This document shows, piece after piece, positions 28,091 through 37,998 of a DNA stretch of 64,000 bases (within the stretch, counting starts at the first letter, position 1; each line of letters opens with the position of its first letter). Below the pieces are notes generated by a model. That model was not told the DNA's origin, searched no databases, and was given only the letters and a program-made list of their open reading frames with translations. Source of the DNA: Chloroflexi bacterium UBA6622 (GTDB lineage Bacteria > Chloroflexota > UBA11872); the NCBI GenBank assembly GCA_002433065.1, contig DJHK01000028.1, forward strand, positions 25,764-89,763. Reading direction: 5' to 3'. Position numbers and translations under genes: made by a program.

Positions 28091-28963
28091 GTGCGTGTCG
28101 CCGTCACCACCACTATGTGGGGTGACACACCATTTCTGGAGGCTGCGGACGAGGCTCGCGAAGCTGGGTACGCTGGGATTGAAGGTGTTGGTGATCTTGC
28201 AGGAAATGTTCCGCTCGCTAGACGGGTGCTCAGTGACGCCGGTCTTGATGTTTCGGCAGGTCGTTTCTTGGCCAACTGGTTTTCGGACGTCTACAGCGGT
28301 ATTGAATTGGACCAGCTCCGTCGAGCGGCGGAGTTTTTCGCAGATGTTGATGCCGACTGTGTCATAACTTCTTCCCGTCCTGTTCCAGAACGCATGATGA
28401 CGGCTGGACACGGTGTTGGTGACCGGAATGATGGTCTGCTTGACTATCAGTGGGCACATCTCACCGATACGCTTGCTCAAGCGACACACATATGTCTAAG
28501 AGACTTCGGTCTTCAGCTCATGTTTAGAAACCAACTCGGTTCCTATGTTGAGACCGAAGACGAACTTGATCATCTTATGAGTCTGACTGATCCGGGTTCA
28601 TTGCTGATAGCTCCGGATACCGGCTATCTCTTTTACGCTGGTATTGACCCAGTTGACTTCATTCGTAAGAACTTTGAACGGATTGGGTACGTCACGCTGA
28701 AGGATCTGGATGCTGACTTGTATGAACAACATATGCATCGACAGGGATCGCTACAGGAATTCTGGGATGAGGGTGGTTTTCTCGAACTTGGGACTGGCGA
28801 TGTTGACATTGAATCGATCGTCACACTACTCAGTGGTCAAGAGTTCAACGGGTGGGTAGCTGTTGGTCACGATCGACCTGGGCGTGACCCGGTGGCTAGT
28901 GCGCAAATCGCTCGGGAGTATTTGGTTGGGCTGGGTCTAGAGCTGGAATCAGAATTGGCATGA
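28091..28963 (+). CDS. sugar phosphate isomerase/epimerase (xylose-isomerase-like TIM barrel)
   Basis: 290 aa. The GTG follows the previous stop immediately. Family resemblance (GYAGIEG..., APDTGYLFYAGIDP, LKDLD, ELGTGDVD). Confidence 0.72.
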   Translation: MRVAVTTTMWGDTPFLEAADEAREAGYAGIEGVGDLAGNVPLARRVLSDAGLDVSAGRFLANWFSDVYSGIELDQLRRAAEFFADVDADCVITSSRPVPERMMTAGHGVGDRNDGLLDYQWAHLTDTLAQATHICLRDFGLQLMFRNQLGSYVETEDELDHLMSLTDPGSLLIAPDTGYLFYAGIDPVDFIRKNFERIGYVTLKDLDADLYEQHMHRQGSLQEFWDEGGFLELGTGDVDIESIVTLLSGQEFNGWVAVGHDRPGRDPVASAQIAREYLVGLGLELESELA

Positions 28964-30108
28964 TGCGAGAGATCAACAGACGGACAGTCCTTTTGGCAGC
29001 AGCTGCGTCACCAGTTGTTGCCGCTTGTGGAGATCCCGAAATCCGTCGTCGACAATCCAGTCCCATTGCATTGGCAAACGTTTGGCCATGGGGGGTAAAC
29101 ACTTTTCTGGATCTGGAGGTGGAGAGTTGGAAGCGTCGCCAAACACTCAAAATGATTAGTGATGCTGGAATCCGATGGATGAAACAACATATTCCATGGG
29201 CTGATCTGGAGATTCCAAGTCGTGGTGAATATTTTGATGCATCAGCGCGTCGATCAACTTGGGAGAAATATGATGAGATTGTCGACTTGGCCGATGAAGC
29301 AGGGGTTGAAATTATTGCCCGAATTGATCGGGCGCCAGCCTGGGCACGGCCCAATCATCCACATCCAACTTCCCCACCCACCGACGAAATGCATCTCGAA
29401 GAATTCCTCGCCATGTTTGCCAGTCGGTATGGGGGAAGAGTTCGTTGTTATCAGATCTGGAATGAACCGAACTTGGCCAAGGAGTGGGGTGGTCTGCCCC
29501 CAGATCCTGAAGCCTATGCGCGGCTTTTGGCACGAGCTTTTGGTGCGCTTAAAGACGTTGACAACAAAAATATAGTGATCGCTGCGCCGCTGGCGGCCAC
29601 ACTCGAAAACAGTCCGCGTGCGATGGATGAATTAACTTTTGTCGAGCGATTCTACGATGCTGGTGGAGGCGACTATTTGGATGTGCAGGCAGCCAATGCT
29701 TTCGGGCTTGAATATCCGCCTGAGGCTGCGCCGAATAAAGATGTTCTGAACTTTCGCCGTGTAGAGTTTTTGCGGGAATTGATGGTTGAGTTCGGACTTG
29801 GCAATAAGCCTATTTGGTTCAACGAATATGGTTGGAATGCCTCGCCTTCAGATATGAGTCCCGAAAAGTTGATCTGGCGGAGGGTTTCAGAGGAGCAGCA
29901 GGCCGAGTGGTCAGTGGAAGGCATACGCTACGGATTGAACAATTGGCCATGGGCTGGGGTGTTTAACATCTGGTTTTTCCGAAAACCTGAAGGTTCTTTG
30001 AGTCCAGACATGAGCGAGTATTACTTTCGGATGGTTGATACAGACTTTACGCCGCGTCTCATATACAGGGCTGTGAAACGTGCCGCGACCGGCGTTTCGT
30101 TCCCATAG
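28960..30108 (+). CDS. secreted lipoprotein with a clan-A (GH5/GH39-like) glycoside hydrolase fold
   Basis: 382 aa. Tat/lipoprotein-like leader (RRTVLLAAAASPVVAACG), acid/base motif YQIWNEPN, and candidate nucleophile WFNEYGW. Paralogous to the N-terminal domain of the next gene. Confidence 0.65.
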   Translation: MMREINRRTVLLAAAASPVVAACGDPEIRRRQSSPIALANVWPWGVNTFLDLEVESWKRRQTLKMISDAGIRWMKQHIPWADLEIPSRGEYFDASARRSTWEKYDEIVDLADEAGVEIIARIDRAPAWARPNHPHPTSPPTDEMHLEEFLAMFASRYGGRVRCYQIWNEPNLAKEWGGLPPDPEAYARLLARAFGALKDVDNKNIVIAAPLAATLENSPRAMDELTFVERFYDAGGGDYLDVQAANAFGLEYPPEAAPNKDVLNFRRVEFLRELMVEFGLGNKPIWFNEYGWNASPSDMSPEKLIWRRVSEEQQAEWSVEGIRYGLNNWPWAGVFNIWFFRKPEGSLSPDMSEYYFRMVDTDFTPRLIYRAVKRAATGVSFP

Positions 30109-33100
30109 GTCTGGGCGCAACGCTCCGGTGTTACAGATCAGGGCTAGCTTTTATCGTCCGATAATCGCGCTAACGTCAGTGATCCTTACGGTCGTAATTT
30201 CGCTTGGATTGCTATTTGCGACAGCATTGGCTGATCGCGGTGTTTCGTATGGAGTCAATGCGTTATCTGAGATTCATGACGCTGACGTAGCTGGCATTGG
30301 CGCAAATACGTTTTTACATCGTGAACCTGATCCTGCAAAGGTTCGGCGGGAATTGGAGGTATTGAGAGGATCTGGAGTTGGGATCATCAGGCAGGAATTC
30401 AATTGGGCGGAGATAGAGCCTATTGGTCCTGGGCTACATGTTGATTCCGCGGGGCGTAATTCATGGGAGAAGTACGACCATATAGTGGCTGTCGCCGAAG
30501 ATCTCGGAATTGAGATTCTTGCACGATTAGACCGTCCTCCTGCGTGGTCTACACCTGGTTTTGATCCGCAGGACAACCCTTCGATTCAGACACCGCCGGC
30601 TAACTATGATGATTTTGCGGCATTTGCCCAACGTGTAGCAGCACGCTATCGGGGAAAAATTAGGTATTTCCAAATATGGAATGAGCCTAATTTGCTTGGT
30701 GAATGGGGAGGTCGGTCTCCAAATCCATCGGAATATCTTGAAATGTTGCGCGTGGTTGGTCGGGGAATTCGTGCTGTAGATTCTGGGAACCGGATTGTAC
30801 TGGCTGGTTTGGCGCCAACCATCGAAACGGGGCCGGACAATCTAAGCGATCTTATCTTTCTTCGCAGACTCTACCAACTTGGGGCGCGGGGTGATTTTGA
30901 TGTTGCGGCCAGCATGGCTTACGGACTCTTTACTGGTCCTCGGGACATCAGGATTTCTCCAGAGCGAACAAATTTCCCTCGAAGCGTGCTCTGGCGGGAA
31001 ATCATGCTTGAATTCGGTGATTTCCGTACACCAATTTGGGCCACCGAATATGGCTGGATGTCTCTGCCTAATGACTGGGCGGGTGAGCCTGGGATTTGGG
31101 GGAATCATCCGATTGAAAGGCAGGCGGCATGGACGGTTGATGGTATTCAACGGGCCCGGGAGCAGTGGCCTTGGATGCCAACCATCATCGTTTGGGCGTC
31201 AAGGTGGCCTGAAGATGTCAATCCTCGGGATCCAACCCCATTCTTTCGTTTGATGGATAAGGACTTTGCGCCGCGTCCCAATCTTTCAGCGCTTCGCCGG
31301 AGCTTTGCAACGGCTCCAGTTGCTGGCGTCGGATTGCATCAAGAATCGCATCCAGCCATTAGCTATATCGGACCATGGCCTCGAATACCTAGCGATTTAG
31401 CATCCCTCACATTTCACCGTCAGACTGGAACTTCAGGGGCAGCCCTCGAATTTCGTTTTGAAGGAAGCGATGTTGCTCTTTTGACTAGGCGGGGGCCCGA
31501 CATGGGACGGGTGCTTGTTCGGATCGATGGACAGGATTCTTTAGCTGATGCTGTTCCACGTACTGCTGCTGGAGAATCGATCATTGATCTTTACTCAGCT
31601 CAGATGGAGCCATTATCTCGCATACAGATTGCAACACGTCTGCCTCCCGGGAGACATGAACTTGAAATAACGGTCCAAACCAAGGCCAATCCGAATTCGT
31701 CTGGAGGGCTAGTAATCGTTGACGGCCTCTTTGTTGGTAACGAGCGACCAATGTGGCCGTGGTTGTTGCTGGCTGGAGCATGGTCGGCAACAAGCGCAAT
31801 CTGTCTTTGGGCTCTGGCACCCATAACATCGATCCGGCGGTTTGTAACGGGAATACCGACAACATGGATGGACAAAAAGCTTGGCCCATTTCGAATATCT
31901 GAACTGTGTATAGCAGGTGCCTCGATTCTCTACGCAATGCTGCCGTCGGGTGGAACAACCTCGGCTTGGACCGCAATCCGTCTTGGTCTAGTCGTTGGCA
32001 TCGGGTTGATGGCAATTGCCAGAGTTCGTGAGGCTAGCTTCGTCGCCGTGGCTTCAATTCCCTTTGTCGGCGTGATTGGTCGTACGGGCATTGTTGATAG
32101 ACCAGTGAGCGAGATTCTGGTCATAGCAGTTGTTGGTGCGTGGATTGTTCGGTCTATCGTCACGGGACAGTTCGGATCTGTCCGTGGTCGGTGGTTCGTG
32201 CTAGGCGGGTATTTTGTCTTGGCGGCTCTAGCTGCTGCTGTCCTTGCGGATTTCCCCAAGTTCGCGTTCCGGGATCTTAGGACAGTCATCCTTGAGCCAC
32301 TCGCCTTGTTTTTTGTGCTGATAACGGTTTTGCGGGATCGACGAGACATTCGGCGACTGCTCACCGCTTTTGTCGGAGGTGCAGGCTTGGTTGCGTTGGT
32401 TGCCCTGGTGCTCATTCCTGCTGGAGGCGTTGTAACGGAGCTTACTCCTCCACGTCTTCGGGGCACGTTTGGATCACCAAATAATCTTGCGCTCGTTCTC
32501 GAGCGTTCTATTCCCATAGGAATTGCTTTGATTGTGAGCGCACGTACTTGGCGTACCCCGTGGACGAGCGTGCTGCTGTTGCTGGTTGGGGTGCTGCTCG
32601 CGACATGGAGTAGAGGTGCGTGGGCAGGGACATTAGTTGGTGTTGCAATTGCAGCGGTTCCTTTGTTGAAAAGATTTGGGTCCGGATACACGCTTACCGG
32701 TATCGTCGGCTTTGGGGCGATGGCAACTGGGGCTCTCGTAGCCGCAGGCGGAGATCGGCTTGCTACGTTCTTTCGGTTTGGCGACGGCACAGTGGTTTCC
32801 AGGTTGTCTGTTTGGGATGCTGCATGGCGAATGGTTGGTGATAACTGGGTTTTCGGTTTAGGTCCTGACAATTTCCTGACGCATTATCGGGCGTATATGC
32901 GGCCTGAAAGCTGGCGAGAGCCCAACATCTCGCATCCCCACAATTTTGTGTTCGATGCGTGGTTGTCCACTGGGATGTTTGGGCTTATCGCATTGCTGTT
33001 GGTGCTTATTCTGTTCTGGAATATCTGGAAACACGCACGTTATCGAGCGAACGGCGAACTTGATCCGTATACATTTGGTGTAGGCGGGGCCATGTTGGCC

Positions 33101-33259
33101 TCACTTGTACATGGCCTTGTGGATCATAGTTATTTCTTGCCGGAGCTTGCTGCTATGTTCTGGGTGTTGGTCGCTGCTGTCGTACTCCTGCATCGGAACA
33201 ATGACCCTAAATGTTCGCCTCAATCAGCTGGCGGTACCGGATCGGCTGCGATCGTTTAA
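30080..33259 (+). CDS. fusion protein with an N-terminal TM anchor, clan-A GH-like domain, beta-rich middle domain and polytopic O-antigen ligase/polymerase (Wzy_C-like) domain
   Basis: 1059 aa, GTG start. FQIWNEPN and WATEYGW in the first ~400 aa. About 10 TM segments lie in the last ~500 aa, with the Wzy_C-type loop LLATWSRGAWAG and GLGPDNFLTHY. Confidence 0.72.
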   Translation: MPRPAFRSHRSGRNAPVLQIRASFYRPIIALTSVILTVVISLGLLFATALADRGVSYGVNALSEIHDADVAGIGANTFLHREPDPAKVRRELEVLRGSGVGIIRQEFNWAEIEPIGPGLHVDSAGRNSWEKYDHIVAVAEDLGIEILARLDRPPAWSTPGFDPQDNPSIQTPPANYDDFAAFAQRVAARYRGKIRYFQIWNEPNLLGEWGGRSPNPSEYLEMLRVVGRGIRAVDSGNRIVLAGLAPTIETGPDNLSDLIFLRRLYQLGARGDFDVAASMAYGLFTGPRDIRISPERTNFPRSVLWREIMLEFGDFRTPIWATEYGWMSLPNDWAGEPGIWGNHPIERQAAWTVDGIQRAREQWPWMPTIIVWASRWPEDVNPRDPTPFFRLMDKDFAPRPNLSALRRSFATAPVAGVGLHQESHPAISYIGPWPRIPSDLASLTFHRQTGTSGAALEFRFEGSDVALLTRRGPDMGRVLVRIDGQDSLADAVPRTAAGESIIDLYSAQMEPLSRIQIATRLPPGRHELEITVQTKANPNSSGGLVIVDGLFVGNERPMWPWLLLAGAWSATSAICLWALAPITSIRRFVTGIPTTWMDKKLGPFRISELCIAGASILYAMLPSGGTTSAWTAIRLGLVVGIGLMAIARVREASFVAVASIPFVGVIGRTGIVDRPVSEILVIAVVGAWIVRSIVTGQFGSVRGRWFVLGGYFVLAALAAAVLADFPKFAFRDLRTVILEPLALFFVLITVLRDRRDIRRLLTAFVGGAGLVALVALVLIPAGGVVTELTPPRLRGTFGSPNNLALVLERSIPIGIALIVSARTWRTPWTSVLLLLVGVLLATWSRGAWAGTLVGVAIAAVPLLKRFGSGYTLTGIVGFGAMATGALVAAGGDRLATFFRFGDGTVVSRLSVWDAAWRMVGDNWVFGLGPDNFLTHYRAYMRPESWREPNISHPHNFVFDAWLSTGMFGLIALLLVLILFWNIWKHARYRANGELDPYTFGVGGAMLASLVHGLVDHSYFLPELAAMFWVLVAAVVLLHRNNDPKCSPQSAGGTGSAAIV

Positions 33260-33283
33260 GGATTGGTTATGGAGTTTGCCTGG

Positions 33284-34654
33284 TTATTTTCCAATGCAGA
33301 ATTTTGAGAAAATAGTATCCAGAAGATCTTCCGTTGCAGACTCGCCAGTTATTTCGCCTAGAGCGTTTACTGCTCCTCGAAGTCCAATAGTGATCAAGTC
33401 CGACGGCTCGTTGTCTGTAACTGCAGCTCGTGCGCTGATCAACGCCTGGCGTGTGCGCCGAAGGGCGTTTTCGTGTCTTACGCTCGCAACTAGGCTAAGA
33501 CCACCATCTTCACCGGCTATGCCAGCTGTTCGTTCAAGGGCCTGCCGGAGTTCGTCGATATCACCAACTATAGCGGCCGTTAGGACTGCTGACGCATCGG
33601 GTAAAAGTTCTTCAATATCTCGGGAACGTATTGCCTGAGGCAGGTCTCGTTTGTTCAAGGCAACGATTAAAGGCTTGTTTGTAGCATGTATTTGCGCAAC
33701 AACTTTTAGATCGTTCTGCAATAGAGGTCGACTGGCGTCGAGGACGAGGACGATAAGATCTGTTTGTTCAATAGTGCGTGACGTTCGAGACACCCCGATG
33801 TCTTCGACTGGATCTCTGGCCTCGCGGATCCCAGCGGTGTCATTGAGTACGATTGGAACGCCGTTTAGGTTGAATGACTCTTCGAGGACATCCCGCGTTG
33901 TTCCGGGAACATCTGTCACGATAGCTCTGTCCGTGTTGAGCAACGCGTTCATGAGCGAAGACTTCCCAACATTAGGGCAGCCGACGAGCGCAACTCGTAT
34001 GCCGTGCCGTTGCATGATTCCTCGGTTGGCAGATTCCAGAATCGTGGTCAGTCGTTTTTCTAGTTTGTCGAGGATTGTCGAGACGGTTTCACGATTCATA
34101 GCGGGCACGTCTTCCTCATCAAAGTCAATTTCTGCTTCCATCTGGGCGAGTAAGTCGACGCACGCGATGCGCATGTCACGCACAGCGTCAGAGAGACGGC
34201 CGGCCAACTGGTTCGCCGCGACAGCTACGCCTTCTGGCGTGGGTGCAGCTACTAGGTCGGCAACTGCTTCGGCTTGTGCAAGGTCTATCCGGCCGTTTAG
34301 AAAAGCGCGTAGTGTGAATTCGCCAGCGAGGGCAGGTCGTGCGCCCATCGCGAGTATTCGGTCAAGCACCTGTCTGAGTACTATCGGGCTTCCATGACAA
34401 CTCACTTCGACGACATCTTCGCCGGTATATGACTCCGGACTCGGCATGTAAACCACGAGTGCTTCGTCAAGCGCCATACCGTCTTCGTCGAGGATTTGCA
34501 CGAGATGTGCATAGCGAGGCTTGAAGGGTAAATCTTCTGGCCGTCCGGTAAGTTCTGACGCAATCGGTTCAGATCCGGAACCACTGATACGAATGACGCC
34601 AATGCCACCGTTGCCTAGCGGTGTGGCGATAGCTGCAATTGTTTCTGTTGCCAT
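33284..34654 (-). CDS. mnmE: tRNA modification GTPase MnmE
   Basis: 456 aa. N-terminal IAAIATP..GGIGVIRISG, G1 GCPNVGKSS, G3 DTAGIRE, G4 LNKRD, and the diagnostic C-terminal FCIGK. Confidence 0.95.
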   Translation of the reverse strand: MATETIAAIATPLGNGGIGVIRISGSGSEPIASELTGRPEDLPFKPRYAHLVQILDEDGMALDEALVVYMPSPESYTGEDVVEVSCHGSPIVLRQVLDRILAMGARPALAGEFTLRAFLNGRIDLAQAEAVADLVAAPTPEGVAVAANQLAGRLSDAVRDMRIACVDLLAQMEAEIDFDEEDVPAMNRETVSTILDKLEKRLTTILESANRGIMQRHGIRVALVGCPNVGKSSLMNALLNTDRAIVTDVPGTTRDVLEESFNLNGVPIVLNDTAGIREARDPVEDIGVSRTSRTIEQTDLIVLVLDASRPLLQNDLKVVAQIHATNKPLIVALNKRDLPQAIRSRDIEELLPDASAVLTAAIVGDIDELRQALERTAGIAGEDGGLSLVASVRHENALRRTRQALISARAAVTDNEPSDLITIGLRGAVNALGEITGESATEDLLDTIFSKFCIGK

Positions 34655-34710
34655 AACCTTATTCTTTGGCGATTTTCTTGAAGCTTGCAGGAAGGTCCCC
34701 TAGGTGTGGG

Positions 34711-36507
34711 TTAGTTTGATGGCGCAGGGCCTGACGTCCCAGCCTCGATTGCGCGGGCGTATTCACGCTGGAGCATACGCTTGGTGACAAAGATATCGAC
34801 GATGTCCCATGGCAGCGGTTCCTCGACGCTGCGTTGACGGTGGATGTACCACGAGAGATCGAGGCCTGCTGCGTCAATAGCTTCGAACCAGCTGGCTGGC
34901 TTGAAATGTTCGGTCCACCCGTCAAAGCGACAGCCACGTTCCCAGGCGCCTTTAATAGCGCGTCCTACACGACGGTCGCCTAAGGCCAAGAGTGCTTCAA
35001 TGTGACTTTCTTCGGGATCGTGCCACATGAGATGAATGTTTCGGTCACGAGCGATCTCCAGGCACGCTTTTTGCTTAGCTTGAATAATCTCGGACCTATC
35101 CTGAGGATGCCATTGAAAGGGGGTGAATGGTTTTGGGATGAATGTTGACACGGTGACATTGACCTTCGCTTTGTTTCCATGGTGACGACGGCCAATTTCC
35201 ATGACACGATTTGCAAGGTGGGCGATCGCTTCAGAATCTTCGAGTGTTTCTGTCGGTTGGCCAATCATGAAGTAGAGCTTGATTGTTCGAAAGCCTCGAC
35301 CGAACGCCATATCGCAGGTTGTGAGAAGGTCTTCATCGGAAATTTCTTTGTTTATTACCTCTCGCATCCTAGGTGTTGCTGCTTCTGGGGCGAACGTTAG
35401 GCTACCCCCACGTTTGCCTCCGCGTTGCAGGGCATTTGCGATATCAACATTGAAGGTTTCAACGCGCGTTGATGGGATGGACACACGTACGTATTCCTCG
35501 CTTGTGTCATAGACGTTGTCGATAAGTTGATCGAGCCCTTCGTAGTCAACTGCGTTAAGTGAGAGGAGAGAGACTTCGCTTTGTCCTGTTGTGGTCATAC
35601 AGGACTCAACAGTTTTTTCGACTAGGTCAGCCCGGCGTTGGCGTACTGGTCGATACAGGTATCCGGCTTGGCAAAACCTGCATGCTCGGGCGCATCCTCG
35701 GTCGAGCTCTATGGCGACTCGATCATGCACGACCCCTGTGTTCGGTACGACTGGCCGTTCTGGACCAACAAACGAGTTAATGTCGACGTATTGTCTTTCG
35801 ATCTGTGCTGGTAGTTGCGGATCCACTCGACTATGGCCAAGGAAGGCTCCGTCTTCGTTGTACTTCGGGCGGTATCGTGCGGGAACATAAATTCCAGGGA
35901 TACGGTGAGCGCAGGCATCTAAAAAACTGTCTCGCCATCCCGTGGTCGACCGGTCAAATTCCTCGTGCAGGTCAAGAATACGTAGAAGCAATTCTTCGCC
36001 CTCACCGATGGCGATCAAGTCGAAAAAATCTGCCATGGGTTCTGGGTTGGTGACGGCAGAGCCTCCACCCAGAATGATCGGATCGCTGTCAGTCCGGTTC
36101 TTGCTCTCCAACGGTATTCCTGCTAAATCAAGCATTTCTAAGACATTTGTGTTGCCGCTTTCGTAACTCATCGAGAAGCCGACAATGTCGAATTCTCCCA
36201 ATCGGCGTCGGGATTCCCAACCCCAGAGTTGGACACCGTTGTCCCGCATCGCGTCGGCCATATCTGGAAGAGGGGCAAAGCATCGGTCACAAAGGTGGGA
36301 TGTCTGATCGTTTACGAGTTCATAGAGCAGGTTCATTGCCAAATTCGACATGCCGATTTCGTATGCGTCGGGGAAACACAGCGCCATGCGGGTAGCTGCC
36401 GTTTCCCAGGGTTTAGACCGTGCGTTGTGTTCCCCTCCCAAGTATTGGGCAGGTTTTTTGACTCGATCGAGCAATGGTTCGAGTTCTACGGTCGTGGCAA
36501 TAGGCAT
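34711..36507 (-). CDS. large radical SAM protein of the TIGR03960-like uncharacterised family
   Basis: 598 aa. The CxxxCxxC cluster motif is CARACRFCQAG. An N-terminal B12-binding-like region and a conserved C-terminal extension are present. Function unknown. Confidence 0.82.
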   Translation of the reverse strand: MPIATTVELEPLLDRVKKPAQYLGGEHNARSKPWETAATRMALCFPDAYEIGMSNLAMNLLYELVNDQTSHLCDRCFAPLPDMADAMRDNGVQLWGWESRRRLGEFDIVGFSMSYESGNTNVLEMLDLAGIPLESKNRTDSDPIILGGGSAVTNPEPMADFFDLIAIGEGEELLLRILDLHEEFDRSTTGWRDSFLDACAHRIPGIYVPARYRPKYNEDGAFLGHSRVDPQLPAQIERQYVDINSFVGPERPVVPNTGVVHDRVAIELDRGCARACRFCQAGYLYRPVRQRRADLVEKTVESCMTTTGQSEVSLLSLNAVDYEGLDQLIDNVYDTSEEYVRVSIPSTRVETFNVDIANALQRGGKRGGSLTFAPEAATPRMREVINKEISDEDLLTTCDMAFGRGFRTIKLYFMIGQPTETLEDSEAIAHLANRVMEIGRRHHGNKAKVNVTVSTFIPKPFTPFQWHPQDRSEIIQAKQKACLEIARDRNIHLMWHDPEESHIEALLALGDRRVGRAIKGAWERGCRFDGWTEHFKPASWFEAIDAAGLDLSWYIHRQRSVEEPLPWDIVDIFVTKRMLQREYARAIEAGTSGPAPSN

Positions 36508-36634
36508 GCGAAATTACGGACGTTTGTCGATGGTTACTTTAAAGCTACCGAAGGTGCGTTGGCCTCACAACTAGTCTGTTCGTTTTTCGGCAAGCGGACA
36601 TCGATGGATAATGGTGAGATCTTTTCCGAGTTGA

Positions 36635-37897
36635 GTGCCTGTGGCTGATCTTATTCTCCGAGCGGCGACTTTGGTTGACGGAACAGGAGCCGATCCGGTC
36701 CGGAATGCGGATGTTGTTGTCCGCGATGGACGGATTGTTTCAGTTGGTCCGACCGAGCCAGCCGTGACCGACACTTGTGTGATCGATTATGGCGACGCGA
36801 CGATCATGCCCGGGCTCATTGATTGTCATTGTCATCTGCAGTTTGGGGCGTACTCGGCTCATGAAAAAGTGCGTCTAGTACATGCTGGTGCGTCGAACGA
36901 GGAACGTATTCTCACGGCTGTAGCTAATGCGCAGAAGGCTCTTGCGACGGGGGTGACAACACTAAGGGATACCGGAGGATTCCTGACGCTGAACATGAAT
37001 GTCCGCGATGCATTTGTGAACGGTCGGGTAGCTGGTCCACGGTTACTCGTATGTGGTGCACCAATCACGACCACTGCTGGCCATCTGAACTGGTGTGGAC
37101 TGCGGGCTGACTCTGAGGATGAAGTTGTGCGAGCGGTACGTGCAATGGTTGAGGCTGGTGCTGATTTCATCAAGGTGATGGCGACCGGTGGAATGATGAC
37201 GCCTGGATCGCAGGCTGGGGAGTCGCAATACGATCTCCAAACACTTGGTTCGCTGGTAACTGACGCGCATCGGCTTGATCGGCATGTTGCGGCTCACGTA
37301 CTAGGGGCTGACGGTTGTCGAGATGCGATTGATGCTGGCGTTGACACCTTGGAGCACTGTAGTTGGCTTACCCCAGAGGGTGTTCGAGGGCAGTCTGCGA
37401 TGGATGTGAGTGCGGTGGACCGAATTGATCCTTCCCACCAGTCAGTACATATGACGTTGGCAGCTATGAATCGTACGCCGTTCCGGGGCTTGGAACATCT
37501 GGATGCGTTGGCCAGTGATGAGCGTGAAAGAATCCGTCAACACGGTGCGAATTTTCGTGAGATGCGTGAACGGGGCGTGCCGCACGTGATCTCCAGTGAC
37601 GCGGGTGTCATTGATACGCCATTTGATGAGTTCCCGTTATCGGTTGTCAGTACGGTTATTGCGCTTGATACGACGCCAGTTGACGCTATCCAGCTCGTGA
37701 CGAGTGCTGCAGCGCAGGCTATAGGGCTGGGTGAACTCACAGGGGCGGTAAAACCGGGCCGACAGGCCGATCTGCTTGTTGTCGAGGGTGACGTTTCAGA
37801 AAACATATGTAACATCACTCGGACTGCATCGGTGTATCTCGGAGGGCGCGAGGTGGCTCGTAATCGCCATCTCCACGTCAATGCGGGTACTGCTTAA
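36635..37897 (+). CDS. metal-dependent amidohydrolase
   Basis: 420 aa. GLIDCHCHL metal-binding HxH, later His/Asp ligands (VAAHV, HVISSDAG), and the N-terminal beta-sandwich pattern ATLVDGTG...DVVVRDGRI. Confidence 0.85.
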   Translation: MPVADLILRAATLVDGTGADPVRNADVVVRDGRIVSVGPTEPAVTDTCVIDYGDATIMPGLIDCHCHLQFGAYSAHEKVRLVHAGASNEERILTAVANAQKALATGVTTLRDTGGFLTLNMNVRDAFVNGRVAGPRLLVCGAPITTTAGHLNWCGLRADSEDEVVRAVRAMVEAGADFIKVMATGGMMTPGSQAGESQYDLQTLGSLVTDAHRLDRHVAAHVLGADGCRDAIDAGVDTLEHCSWLTPEGVRGQSAMDVSAVDRIDPSHQSVHMTLAAMNRTPFRGLEHLDALASDERERIRQHGANFREMRERGVPHVISSDAGVIDTPFDEFPLSVVSTVIALDTTPVDAIQLVTSAAAQAIGLGELTGAVKPGRQADLLVVEGDVSENICNITRTASVYLGGREVARNRHLHVNAGTA

Positions 37898-37998
37898 TGT
37901 GTATCTAGAGCATTCGGTGGTGGATTAATAACCTTGGCCATGCTGAGGCTCCATCTGACCTTCCTTAGACATAACCGGACCTGGCACGGAGATTTCCG

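Noticed and set aside
31930-32871. 313-aa minus-strand ORF rich in Ala/Thr/Pro/Arg
   Set aside because: It is entirely antisense to the Wzy-like TM region of the 1059-aa gene. Its low-complexity composition is typical of antisense frames in GC-biased coding DNA.
33651-34397. 248-aa plus-strand ORF
   Set aside because: It is antisense to mnmE, whose motifs are unambiguous. Its Ser/Arg/Ala-rich composition has no domain signature.
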